Position numbers and translations under genes: made by a program
Notes under the pieces: model-generated
What the model saw: the letters and a program-made list of their open reading frames with translations, nothing else
Database searches by the model: none
What the model was told of the DNA's origin: nothing
Source: an uncultured cyanobacterium
Lineage (GTDB): Bacteria > Cyanobacteriota > Cyanobacteriia > Pseudanabaenales > Pseudanabaenaceae
Reading direction: 5' to 3'
DNA length: 64,000 bases
Assembly: GCA_963703315.1 (NCBI GenBank)
Contig: OY969811.1
Coordinates: 2,336,001 to 2,400,000, forward strand
Shown here: positions 48,411-57,879 of the stretch, piece after piece
How positions within the stretch are numbered: position 1 is the stretch's first letter
Layout of the letters: each line of letters begins with the position of its first letter

Positions 48411-49358
48411 CTATTTGCGAATAGCCAGACAATACATATTCATACCAGTTTTAGTAGTTGAAGGTATAAAGGTTCTTACCATAGCCAATGCAATCTTGAG
48501 CTTTCGATTAAGGGGAGATAGCATAGATAGCTCTAGTCCTGATTTCTTGAGCTTTTTTGCTACCAGAATATTAGATAAACCGAGCCAATTGAAAGGTTCT
48601 TCAACATAACTTTGCAGTTCCCATCCAAATCTTGAAAGAATTGTTTCTGCCGCAACTTTATTCCATCTAGTTTGGTGATGCGGCGGGTAGTCCCATCCTT
48701 CCCTTCCCCCTACTTTGACTTCTTCAAGATTCATTGTCCATCGCTTAGGAGCAGGACAAGTAAAATGTAGAGAAGAACCTTTAGTCATAATTGGATAGAG
48801 ATCTTGAAAGAACATCGCCAAATCGTCTAAATGCTCAATTACATGAAAAAACGCAACAGCATCAAATTTCCTGTCTTGCAAGTTACTTTTAAGCTCCTTC
48901 AAATCCCAACAATGGGCATCCAAATGCTTTGATTGAGCGACTTCAATGGCTCTACGATTGAAATCTAGCCCCATACCACTATGACCTTGTGCAATCGCTA
49001 GTTCGAGAAAGTATCCTTCACCGCAACCAACTTCTAAAACATGGGAGTTAGGCTTTAAATTTTGGAAGCATTGTTGAAAATCCCAATCACGAATTCCATA
49101 ATTTTCTATCTCCGAATACCATTGACTTTGTGCCGTAAACATCGGATTAGCAAACTCTAACCCGCAATTACCACATTTATCTATATGAATGGAAGATGGA
49201 ATATCACCACGACTAATCATTTCAGTTAAAAGAGTTAATGCTGCCAAACTAATTCGTGAGTAATAGTTTGCAAGTTCTACTGTTGGTAAGTCCTGTACTG
49301 ACTTGATTTTCTGTGAATTACAAACTGGGCAAGAATGAATTTCTATTTCATTAGGCAT
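48411..49358 (-). CDS. Class I SAM methyltransferase with N-terminal CxxC pairs (polysaccharide-modifying type)
   Basis: CPVC...CGNC, LEVGCGEG, FHVIEHL, PPHH. Confidence 0.88.
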   Translation of the reverse strand: MPNEIEIHSCPVCNSQKIKSVQDLPTVELANYYSRISLAALTLLTEMISRGDIPSSIHIDKCGNCGLEFANPMFTAQSQWYSEIENYGIRDWDFQQCFQNLKPNSHVLEVGCGEGYFLELAIAQGHSGMGLDFNRRAIEVAQSKHLDAHCWDLKELKSNLQDRKFDAVAFFHVIEHLDDLAMFFQDLYPIMTKGSSLHFTCPAPKRWTMNLEEVKVGGREGWDYPPHHQTRWNKVAAETILSRFGWELQSYVEEPFNWLGLSNILVAKKLKKSGLELSMLSPLNRKLKIALAMVRTFIPSTTKTGMNMYCLAIRK

Positions 49359-49670
49359 AGTTTTAGCTTTATATGAATTAGTTTGTTAAAAGCAACAGCT
49401 TCATTTTACATAGATGTGGTGATTATAGATGTCACTAATCTAGAACACAAAACCAGAAGATGAGTGGCAGTGCTTTGCCCCGCCACTCATCTTCTGGTTT
49501 TATATTTGTTTTAGCATAGGTGTCTAAAACCATAACATATTAAATTTTTAGGTTTAAAAAACTACAAAAGTCATATAGTCAAATGTAATTCAAATATATA
49601 TACAGAACTTTCTTAGCTTTTACTATGCAAGAGCAAAAAGTTTTAATCCTAAATAAAGAACAGGCTCAAG

Positions 49671-50513
49671 ATGAACGATAAATCTACAGGATTTACCCCA
49701 GAACTAATAATTGAAGCAGGACGCACTGAGCGCCAATATTGGAAAGATTTATGGCGTTATCGGGAACTGTTTTATTTCTTGGCTTGGCGCGATATTTTGG
49801 TGCGCTATAAACAAACTGCGATCGGGGTTGCTTGGGCGTTGATTAGACCGTTTTTAACAATGGTTGTATTTACCGTAGTTTTCGGTCAACTTGCGAAATT
49901 GCCTTCGCAAGGAGTCCCTTATCCCATCCTAGTCTTTGCCGGTATGCTACCTTGGCAATTTTTCTCTAATGCCTTGAGTGAATGTAGTAATAGCTTGATT
50001 GGTAACGCTAATTTGATTTCTAAAGTTTACTTCCCTAGATTAATTGTTCCTACCAGTGCAGTAATCGTTAGTTTTGTAGACTTCTTGATTTCAGGAATGA
50101 TTCTATTAGGGTTGATGATTTGGTATAACTTTGTCCCTGATTGGCGTATTTTGACACTGCCTATTTTTATCCTAATTTCCTGTGCAGCTTCGATGGGTGT
50201 AGGGTTGTGGTTAGCAGCTTTAACAGTTCAATATCGAGATTTTAGGTTTGTTGTACCTTTTATCATCCAAGTTGGACTGTATATTTCTCCAGTAGGTTTT
50301 AGTAGTAACATCGTTCCAGAACAATGGCGCTTACTCTATTCATTAAATCCGATGGTAGGTGTAATTGATGGATTTCGATGGGCGATTCTCGGTGGCAAGG
50401 CGACTTTGCATCTATCGGGTTTCTTTCTGTCATTAGCTCTAGTCTTTTTATTGCTTTGGAGTGGTATTTGGTATTTTAGAAAAATGGAACGAACCTTTGC
50501 GGATGTAATTTAA
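49671..50513 (+). CDS. wzm: ABC-2 polysaccharide export permease (Wzm/RfbA-like)
   Basis: RDILVRYKQT..G..W, LISKVYFPR, YRDFRF, LNPM, ERTFADVI. Confidence 0.93.
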   Translation: MNDKSTGFTPELIIEAGRTERQYWKDLWRYRELFYFLAWRDILVRYKQTAIGVAWALIRPFLTMVVFTVVFGQLAKLPSQGVPYPILVFAGMLPWQFFSNALSECSNSLIGNANLISKVYFPRLIVPTSAVIVSFVDFLISGMILLGLMIWYNFVPDWRILTLPIFILISCAASMGVGLWLAALTVQYRDFRFVVPFIIQVGLYISPVGFSSNIVPEQWRLLYSLNPMVGVIDGFRWAILGGKATLHLSGFFLSLALVFLLLWSGIWYFRKMERTFADVI

Positions 50514-51925
50514 CCAAGCGCTGACACAAAGCGATCGCACTTAGCCAAAAATCTCTCTAGTAAATGAGTCTGTACACCGAAATGGAGATGTGTATAGGAG
50601 GCGTGGACTTGATATTTTTGCCAGCCTTCTGATGGATATTGTAAATGGGAGTCGTAGCCTTGCAGAGAATATAGAGGTTGATCGCTTGGTTCTGTTAAAG
50701 ATGATCGATGAAATTCATGTCCCCAAACCAAGTTCCCTTCATTAACTAAGGGACTATCCTGTAAAGCGATCGCCTGACGATATCCCAAAGTTAAACGCTT
50801 GCCCATTTTTGCTGCGGTCGGGAAAATGTTCACCATTGGAAAGGATTGATCTTGAAAATCGACAATGCGATCGCATAGATACATCAAGCCGCCACATTCG
50901 GCATAGGTGGGAATTCCTGATTTAATGGCAACTTGCACAGATTCTCTAGCGGTTTTATTTTCAGTTAATTCGGCAGCAAATACTTCAGGGAAACCGCCAC
51001 CGAAATACAAGCCTTGAATATTTTCAGGTAAGGCGCGATCGCTAATGGGACTCCAAGGTACTAATTCGGCTCCTAGTTCTTGAAACAAATCAAGATTGTC
51101 GGCGTAGTAAAAACTAAAAGCCCGATCTTGAGCGATCGCGATGCGAATTTTGCCCTCACCCCCAGCCCCTCTCCCAAGGGGAGAGGGGAGTAAGACTTGC
51201 TCCCCCTCTCCTGCGGGAGAGGGGGCTGGGGGGTGAGGACATTCCATTAATGGCAATAATTTTTCCCAATTAAAACAAGTTTCACCTAGATAAGCTAGTC
51301 GCTCAATAATTCCATCAAGATTTGACATTTCGGCAGTGGGAACTAGTCCTAGATGGCGATCGGGGATGGAGATATCATCTTGACGGCGGAGAACGCCTAA
51401 AATGGGTAAATTTAATGGTTCAAGGGCTTGCGTTAAGAGTTCTAAATGGCGATCACTACCCACGCGATTGAGAACAACACCTGCAATATGAATACGTGGA
51501 TCAAAGCTGCGGTATCCATGGGCGATCGCGGCAATGGATCGGGAAGTACTGGCACAGTTCAGAATCAAAACTACAGGTACATTTAGCAATCGAGCAATAT
51601 GGGCAGTACTAGCAGTATCATCTTTCCCTGTTGCGCCATCAAACAGCCCCATGACTCCTTCAATGAGCGCATATTTAGCATTTTGGCTATGCTTGGCAAA
51701 GCAAGATTGAATATAGCTTTCAGAAGTAAGAACGGGATCAAGATTACGGCAGGGTAACCCTGTAATGTAGGAATGAAACATCGGATCAATGTAATCTGGT
51801 CCTACTTTAAAAGACTGCACTGAGGATTGATCATCTGGCGATCGCGCTTTCATTGCGGCTAATAGCGCCAAAGTTACCGTGGTTTTTCCCACACCACTAC
51901 GTTCACCTGCGATAACAATTGCCAT
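50510..51925 (-). CDS. cobB: Cobyrinate a,c-diamide synthase
   Basis: SGVGKTT, KVGPDYIDP, EGVMGLFDG, AECGGLMYL, GHEFH. Confidence 0.96.
   Translation of the reverse strand: MAIVIAGERSGVGKTTVTLALLAAMKARSPDDQSSVQSFKVGPDYIDPMFHSYITGLPCRNLDPVLTSESYIQSCFAKHSQNAKYALIEGVMGLFDGATGKDDTASTAHIARLLNVPVVLILNCASTSRSIAAIAHGYRSFDPRIHIAGVVLNRVGSDRHLELLTQALEPLNLPILGVLRRQDDISIPDRHLGLVPTAEMSNLDGIIERLAYLGETCFNWEKLLPLMECPHPPAPSPAGEGEQVLLPSPLGRGAGGEGKIRIAIAQDRAFSFYYADNLDLFQELGAELVPWSPISDRALPENIQGLYFGGGFPEVFAAELTENKTARESVQVAIKSGIPTYAECGGLMYLCDRIVDFQDQSFPMVNIFPTAAKMGKRLTLGYRQAIALQDSPLVNEGNLVWGHEFHRSSLTEPSDQPLYSLQGYDSHLQYPSEGWQKYQVHASYTHLHFGVQTHLLERFLAKCDRFVSALG
51152..51238. repeat. In-frame palindromic repeat inside cobB (CCCCTCTCCC...GGGAGAGGGG family D)
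   Basis: 87 nt encoding PHPPAPSPAGEGEQVLLPSPLGRGAGGEG; related half-elements at about 14479-14517 and 15674-15713. Confidence 0.9.
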
Positions 51926-51938
51926 TTATTGATGCATC

Positions 51939-52001
51939 CTCCTTTCCCAGTAAATAAGTTAGTAGTGCGCGGCTAAGCCGCGCACTACTAACTTATTTAC
52001 T
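51939..52001. repeat. Repeat family C with perfect 25-bp triloop stem
   Basis: ctcctttccc + agtaaataagttagtagtgcgcggc-taa-gccgcgcactactaacttatttact. Confidence 0.8.
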
Positions 52002-52011
52002 TTACTATTGC

Positions 52012-52060
52012 TAAAAGCCAAAAGCTAATCAGTAATTGCTAAAAGCCAATCACCAAAAGC
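52012..52060. repeat. Degenerate heptamer tandem repeat (STRR-like)
   Basis: taaaagc caaaagc taatcag taattgc taaaagc caatcac caaaagc. Confidence 0.65.
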
Positions 52061-52104
52061 TATAATTACCAGACGGACAAAATTTTGAATAGTCTAGGTA
52101 ATCA

Positions 52105-53028
52105 TTGAGAGTGCCAAAGGTCGGGATTATATACAACGACGCAAAACCTGTCGCTGAGCGTGTAGCGTTGGATATGAAGTTATGGCTAGAAAAGCGTGAT
52201 ATCCAGACTGTTGTGGCGACGGGCAATGGCGGTATTTTGGGTTATGGTAAGCCAGATGCCCCTGTGTGTCACACACCAATCGAAAGCTTAGTACCCTTAG
52301 AATTTGATCGCGATGTCATGTTTGCAGTCGCTTTAGGGGGAGATGGGACTGTCCTATCTGCCTGCCGTCAAATCGCGCCTTTGGCTTTACCATTGCTCAA
52401 TGTAAATACAGGACACATGGGTTTTTTAACAGAAACCTATTTGACTGATTGGGAAGAAGCACTCTCCCAAGTCGTGGAGGGGCAGTATGTTGTCGAACAG
52501 CGATCGATGATGAGGGTGCGTGTTTACGACAGTCAAGGATTACTCTGGGAAGCCCTATCGTTAAACGAAATGGTGCTGCATCGTGAACCCTTGACGAGTA
52601 TGTGTCATTTTGAAGTGCAGATCGGTCATCATGTACCTGTAGATATTGCCGCAGACGGAGTAATTATTTCCACCCCTACAGGATCAACGGCTTACGCACT
52701 CTCGGCTGGAGGTCCCGTAATTGAGCCAGGGATTCCTGTCTTTCAGCTTATTCCCATTTGCGCGCACTCAATGGCATCGCGGGCTTTAGTTTTTGCGAAT
52801 ACTGAAAAAGCGATCGTCACCCCTGCAAATCGACATCGTTTGGTGTTAGTGGTTGATGGCAATGCAGGATGTTATGTCTATCCAGATTATCGGGTCGAGG
52901 TTGAGCGATCGCAGTATCCCGCCAGATTTATTCGTTTACAAAAAAGTGAATTTTTCAAAGTGTTGCGTGAAAAACTCGGTTGGGGGCTACCTCATATTTC
53001 TAAGCCAACTTTAGGCGAATTGACTTAA
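52105..53028 (+). CDS. nadK: NAD(+) kinase
   Basis: [35 protein letters not shown]. Confidence 0.96.
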   Translation: MRVPKVGIIYNDAKPVAERVALDMKLWLEKRDIQTVVATGNGGILGYGKPDAPVCHTPIESLVPLEFDRDVMFAVALGGDGTVLSACRQIAPLALPLLNVNTGHMGFLTETYLTDWEEALSQVVEGQYVVEQRSMMRVRVYDSQGLLWEALSLNEMVLHREPLTSMCHFEVQIGHHVPVDIAADGVIISTPTGSTAYALSAGGPVIEPGIPVFQLIPICAHSMASRALVFANTEKAIVTPANRHRLVLVVDGNAGCYVYPDYRVEVERSQYPARFIRLQKSEFFKVLREKLGWGLPHISKPTLGELT

Positions 53029-53054
53029 AATTCTAAAAGCTAATAACAGGCGCT

Positions 53055-53813
53055 ATGAGTCAAAGTCTCAACTTTGCAAACCAAGATTTGCGCGATCGCT
53101 CCTTTGAAGGTAAAAATTTGATCGGAGCAGACTTTAGTGGTGCAGATATTCGTGGCTGTAACTTTTGTCGCTCTCAACTTAAAGAAGCCAATTTTGCCAA
53201 TGTACGCGCTGGCAAGAGTCAGCGCCAAGCGGCGATCGCCAGCATCATGGCGTTTGTGATAGCACTGATGTTTGCAGGTACTGCCATGATTGCCAGTATC
53301 TTACTGATCTGCTTCATGGTTGTTTTTATTTTTGGAATTGCCATTGTCAATCGCGAAACAGTTTATTGGGTAGCCCTCGCAGCCATCATTGTGTTTGCAG
53401 TTGGCTTCGTAATTGCTTTTACAGGTAGCTTTACACTCTCAGGCTCCAAAGGAACTTCAACGGCTATTACCATTTCTCTGATTATTGCCTTTGCTTCAGG
53501 CTTTTTTGGCTCGACATTTACCAAAATATTAGTTATTGGTGCTTTTAATGCGATCGCTAATGCCTTAAGGTCTAATCCTTTTACGGCACTACTAACATTT
53601 ATAGCGATCGAGCCATTACAAATTTTTGGCAGTCTCTATTTATTTCGCCTTGCCATCAATGCCCCTCGCATCACTTTAGGCACAAAGTTTAAGTACGCCG
53701 ACCTCACCAACGCCTCATTTCATCGTGCAACTTTAGTAAATTGTGATTTTTCCAATGCGATCGTCAATGATGTTAATTGGGAGCAAGCCCAAATATATCG
53801 TTGCAAACTGTAA
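53055..53813 (+). CDS. Pentapeptide-repeat protein with central TM helices
   Basis: ADFSG/ADIRG/ANFAN repeats at both ends with a hydrophobic middle. Confidence 0.88.
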   Translation: MSQSLNFANQDLRDRSFEGKNLIGADFSGADIRGCNFCRSQLKEANFANVRAGKSQRQAAIASIMAFVIALMFAGTAMIASILLICFMVVFIFGIAIVNRETVYWVALAAIIVFAVGFVIAFTGSFTLSGSKGTSTAITISLIIAFASGFFGSTFTKILVIGAFNAIANALRSNPFTALLTFIAIEPLQIFGSLYLFRLAINAPRITLGTKFKYADLTNASFHRATLVNCDFSNAIVNDVNWEQAQIYRCKL

Positions 53814-53909
53814 AAAAAGAGGAGTCACTTTGTGACTCCTCTTTTTTATAACGATTTCTAGAGTTAATTTTTTGGAATTGTTTTTGAAAATACTCAAAGA
53901 TGTTGTGTG

Positions 53910-55286
53910 CTATTTTGTTTGATATGTTTGCTCTAGCATGGATATAGTTTTGCGATAGTCTATTGCGGCGGCAGCTTTGGTAATGTGAATCTCACCTTGT
54001 ATTGAGTTAGTTTCTTCAGCAATTTGTTTTACAGCTTCTGCAATCTCTTCTAGATCAACTTTAAAAAATTCTTTGCGCTCGTTAACTTTATTGACACGGC
54101 GATGGTGAAAACGCTTATGTAATAGATTTTCTAGCTCTGGTGCATTGTGGCAAAAAATAATAGCGTGAACATCAAAGGGAAAAGGTACTGATGCATCACC
54201 CAATTCATTAACTCGATCCATTGGATCTAGCCTTCTGGTCATACCAATTTTATAAACGTGTTCACCGAAAGCTCCAATGTTAGAAATGATATAAACGTGT
54301 CCAGATTTAGTCATTTGAGCGCGAGAAATTGCACGTTCTTTGTTAGTATGCGCCTCTTCTAGCTGCTGGGTTAGTTGTAGTATTTGAGCTTCTAACTTAT
54401 CTCGTTGTTTACCTGTGGCTTGCTCAATTTCAAGGCGTGCTTTTTCAAGTGATTGCTGATAGCGTTGCTCTTCTTTTTCGGCATCTAGCTTAGCTTTTTC
54501 AATTTCACGTAGCGCTCGTTCTTCCTCTTTCATCTGCTCACGAATACGCCGTTGTTCTTCGATTTCCTCTTGCTTTTTCTCTTGATATTCGTGGTAAAGA
54601 TGTAGTTCTTCTATCTTTGCATTGAAATATTCATTGCTAATCAAGCAGTAGGTTGTTTCTGCAAGCTTGTTAATAGCTTCAAAAGCTTTATTTATACGAG
54701 TTTCTTGAGTGCTAACATTATTGTATTTAACTTTAGCGATTGCTGCATCACTTTCTCCATTAAATGCCCTAAGAACTAGTTTGATAAAGTTATTAACTAG
54801 CTTTTCACCTTTTTTTACACTACCTTCTAAAGTGATTGACGCAATGGAAGTAACTGCTTGTCCAGATTTTATAAGTTGTTTCTGTTGCTCTCGAATTAGT
54901 TCAAGGCGTGATTGATATTGTGCAGAATCTTCAAAGCTATGTTTGGGCTGGTAGAAAGCAATTGCATGAAGATTATCTTCTTCTTCCAGAGCCCGAACAA
55001 TTTCTTCTAATGCATTTTTTTGTTTGGATAGCTGAGAAATATCCTGTTTAAGTTGAGATATTTTATCTGCGAGCTTTTGTTCATGATCTTCTTTATCAAT
55101 AATGCCACTATATTGATCGAGATGCTTTTGAACGCGCTGCCGATCTTGAGTTGTCTGGCGTAGCTGCTCTTGGAGTCTAGTTTGACTTATGGTTGATTCT
55201 TCCCGATTTCTTTTTATTTGTTGGTATAAATAAATATTGCCACCTACAAGTGAAAGAAATACTATTGAGAGCAAAAATTCAACCAT
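53910..55286 (-). CDS. TM-coiled coil-DUF4041-T5orf172(GIY-YIG) protein, SNIPE/PD-lambda-1-like architecture
   Basis: N-terminal TM, LVLRAFNGE, GHVYIISNIGAFG...YKIGMTRR..P..RV.EL..ASVPFPFDVH, RKEFF. Confidence 0.88.
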   Translation of the reverse strand: MVEFLLSIVFLSLVGGNIYLYQQIKRNREESTISQTRLQEQLRQTTQDRQRVQKHLDQYSGIIDKEDHEQKLADKISQLKQDISQLSKQKNALEEIVRALEEEDNLHAIAFYQPKHSFEDSAQYQSRLELIREQQKQLIKSGQAVTSIASITLEGSVKKGEKLVNNFIKLVLRAFNGESDAAIAKVKYNNVSTQETRINKAFEAINKLAETTYCLISNEYFNAKIEELHLYHEYQEKKQEEIEEQRRIREQMKEEERALREIEKAKLDAEKEEQRYQQSLEKARLEIEQATGKQRDKLEAQILQLTQQLEEAHTNKERAISRAQMTKSGHVYIISNIGAFGEHVYKIGMTRRLDPMDRVNELGDASVPFPFDVHAIIFCHNAPELENLLHKRFHHRRVNKVNERKEFFKVDLEEIAEAVKQIAEETNSIQGEIHITKAAAAIDYRKTISMLEQTYQTK

Positions 55287-55437
55287 AACTAGTGTTCCCC
55301 AAAATCAAGAAAGTGATTTTTTTATAATATCAGCAATTTAATATAAAGCCAATAAAAACAAGCTTGCTAAAAATGTTGGTTCATAACACTTTCAACAAGC
55401 TTGTTTTTAGGACTAACTAACACAAAGGGGTTAATTT

Positions 55438-56466
55438 TTATTCGTCTTCTGCAAACTGATAGCGGAATAGATCCTTAGGATCGGGTTCAGGAGATGTTTC
55501 GGCAAAGCGGACACATTCCTCGACCTCATCACGGATCTTTTTATCGATCGCTTTTAACTGACTCTCTTCTACTAAGCCATGCTCTAAAATACGGCTAGCA
55601 AAAATTTTAATCGGATCGCGACCAAACCACTTATCCTTATCTTCCTTGCTGCGTAACTCATCTGGGTCAGCGAGGGAGTGACCTCTAAAACGATAGGTCA
55701 TACATTCTAAAACTGTAGGACCTTCACCCGCACGGGCGCGACGGACTGCCTCTTGAGTACGTTCACGCACTGCCAACACATCCATACCATCCACTTCATA
55801 GCCCGGCATCCCAAAAGCTTCAGCTTTTTTGTGAATCCTGACATCAGAGGTTGCCCGAACGTGCTTCATCCCGATCGCCCAATCATTATTCTCGATCACA
55901 AAAATAATCGGCAACTTCCACAAAGCCGCCATATTTAGCGTCTCGAAAAATTGACCATTGTTACTTGCGCCATCACCAAAGAAACAAGCAGTCACTTGAT
56001 CCGCATTTGGATCGCCCATCACTTCACGGCGATATTTCGACTGAAAAGCTGCTCCCGCCGCTACAGGAATCCCCTCTGCTACGAAAGCATAGCCGCCCAA
56101 AAAGTTATTCTTGGCGGAGAAGATGTGCATGGAGCCGCCACGCCCCTTACTGCATCCTGTTTCTTTGCCAAATAGTTCTGCCATGACTTCATTAGCAGTG
56201 ACACCTGCGCTCAGAGCATGAACGTGGTCACGGTACGTGCTACATACATAGTCATCGGGACGCATCGCCTTAATCACGCCAGAGGCGACGGCTTCTTGAC
56301 CGTTGTACAAATGCACAAAGCCAAACATTCTGCCGCGATAATACATTTCCGCGCACTTGTCCTCAAAAGTACGCCCCAAAACCATGTCTTCGTAAACAAT
56401 TAGGGCTTCTTCTGGAGTGATATTAAGTGCAGAAGTCGAAACAGTTGCAATGGTTTCTGGGGGCAT
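55438..56466 (-). CDS. pdhA: Pyruvate dehydrogenase E1 alpha
   Basis: [39 protein letters not shown]. Confidence 0.97.
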   Translation of the reverse strand: MPPETIATVSTSALNITPEEALIVYEDMVLGRTFEDKCAEMYYRGRMFGFVHLYNGQEAVASGVIKAMRPDDYVCSTYRDHVHALSAGVTANEVMAELFGKETGCSKGRGGSMHIFSAKNNFLGGYAFVAEGIPVAAGAAFQSKYRREVMGDPNADQVTACFFGDGASNNGQFFETLNMAALWKLPIIFVIENNDWAIGMKHVRATSDVRIHKKAEAFGMPGYEVDGMDVLAVRERTQEAVRRARAGEGPTVLECMTYRFRGHSLADPDELRSKEDKDKWFGRDPIKIFASRILEHGLVEESQLKAIDKKIRDEVEECVRFAETSPEPDPKDLFRYQFAEDE

Positions 56467-56554
56467 CGATTCAGTAATTGTGCTAATCGTTAAATTTTTC
56501 TTTTGCTAGTTTAGCAGTGAATGTCTATTGCAGTACAGATATTAGCTGGGACAC

Positions 56555-56696
56555 CAGCAATTCTCATTATGACTTTTGATTTGCTTAAGCCGTCAAATTT
56601 TCAACGAAGGCATCTGCTTTTCAAGGACAATTATTGCAACTATTCTCAATAATTGTCGCCAGATCAAGGCAAAATTTCCATAATTGAGAATTGCTG
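56555..56696. mobile_element. 142-bp MITE-like element
   Basis: Ends cagcaattctcattatg / cataattgagaattgctg (inverted, one-base indel); internal palindrome gacaattattg...caataattgtc; no clear TSD. Confidence 0.65.
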
Positions 56697-56942
56697 ATTC
56701 CAGCCTAAACTAAAATCTAGTAAGTCCCTCAAATAGGTAAAATAATTTATCTAATTCTTCTATACCTAAACTATTTTGCCCTGATTAATACCAAAACACA
56801 AAATAAAGACGACAGATGCTTATTGTAAAAATACACGTAAAAACAAGATCGATCTAGAGTCAGTAAATATTATCTGTCGCCCTACCTAAGTGATTTGGTA
56901 TAACTCTTTTTCTAGTTAGGCGATCGCCCCCCCTACAAATCT

Positions 56943-57179
56943 ATGACCATCACTGTCACCATACCCGAAGCCAGTCAGCAATTTTCCCAACTAATGGGAC
57001 GAGTTCTGCTTGGCGAAGAAATTATCATCTGTGAAAATGGCATAGCAGTCGCCACAATCACACCCAGCCAACGAAAACGACAACCTCGCGTAGCAGGTCA
57101 AGACAAAGGCAAAATTTCTATTGCGCCCGACTTTAACGCACCATTGCCTGACGATATTCTTGTTGACTTTCTTGGTTAA
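56943..57179 (+). CDS. Phd/YefM-family antitoxin
   Basis: EA...FSQL..RV..GEEIII...G..VA, R..G...GKI.IAPDF.APLP. Confidence 0.92.
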   Translation: MTITVTIPEASQQFSQLMGRVLLGEEIIICENGIAVATITPSQRKRQPRVAGQDKGKISIAPDFNAPLPDDILVDFLG

Positions 57180-57184
57180 AGATC

Positions 57185-57795
57185 ATGAAAGTATTACTTC
57201 CCACATTCCGCTCGTAATGGAGGCCTAAAAATATTTACAACGAGACAATGAGGGTTTCAGCGATTTTCTGGAAAATTAATGATAATAACTCCTATTAGTA
57301 CGTCATTATTGACAATATTAAGATAGTGTTATTTTTCTGACGAAAGCCCAAAATACTTACTGTATAAGGATTTGTTTTCTAAATATTTTTTTCAGTAAAA
57401 TAAGAGCGGAATGTGGGTTACTTGATACCCATACGTTTCTTTGGTGGGTTGCCGATGATCCGCAAATATCCGTAACCGCCAAAAATATTATTACCAATCC
57501 AGATAATGATATTTACCTTAGCGTTGTCAGTGCTTGGGAAATTATTATTAAAGTCGGCATTGGCAAACTATCATTATGCGAACCACCAGAAATTTATATC
57601 CCCACTCGTATCGCTTCTAATCAGTTTGAGATTCTACCTGTTCAAATATCCCATATCTTAGAAATCAATAGCTTACCCAACTTTCATAAAGATCCTTTTG
57701 ATCGCCTATTAATTGCTCAAAGCCTTGTCGAAAATTTTCCTCTGATAACGGTAGATAGCGCGATCGCACAGTATCCAGTTCAAACAATCTGGTAA
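57185..57795 (+). pseudogene. vapC: VapC/PIN toxin interrupted after codon 5 by a MITE
   Basis: Removing the insert and one TSD restores MKVLLDTHTFLWW...SVVSAWEI..K...HKDPFDRLLIAQ...IW*. Confidence 0.92.
57200..57417. mobile_element. 218-bp non-autonomous IS (MITE), probably IS1634-like ends
   Basis: Perfect 14-bp TIRs CCCACATTCCGCTC/GAGCGGAATGTGGG; TSD TTACTT at 57194-57199 and 57418-57423. Family assignment is inference. Confidence 0.92.
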
Positions 57796-57879
57796 CTTGG
57801 TGACCACATCAAATTGATCGCTAATATGATAATTCTTGCTCCAGAAAATTTTCTCGAAATTGCTGAAGATTGATCGCCA

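Noticed and set aside
57411..57425. ATG in the MITE right end as a rescue start for vapC
   Set aside because: It is out of frame (ATG TGG GTT ACT TGA).
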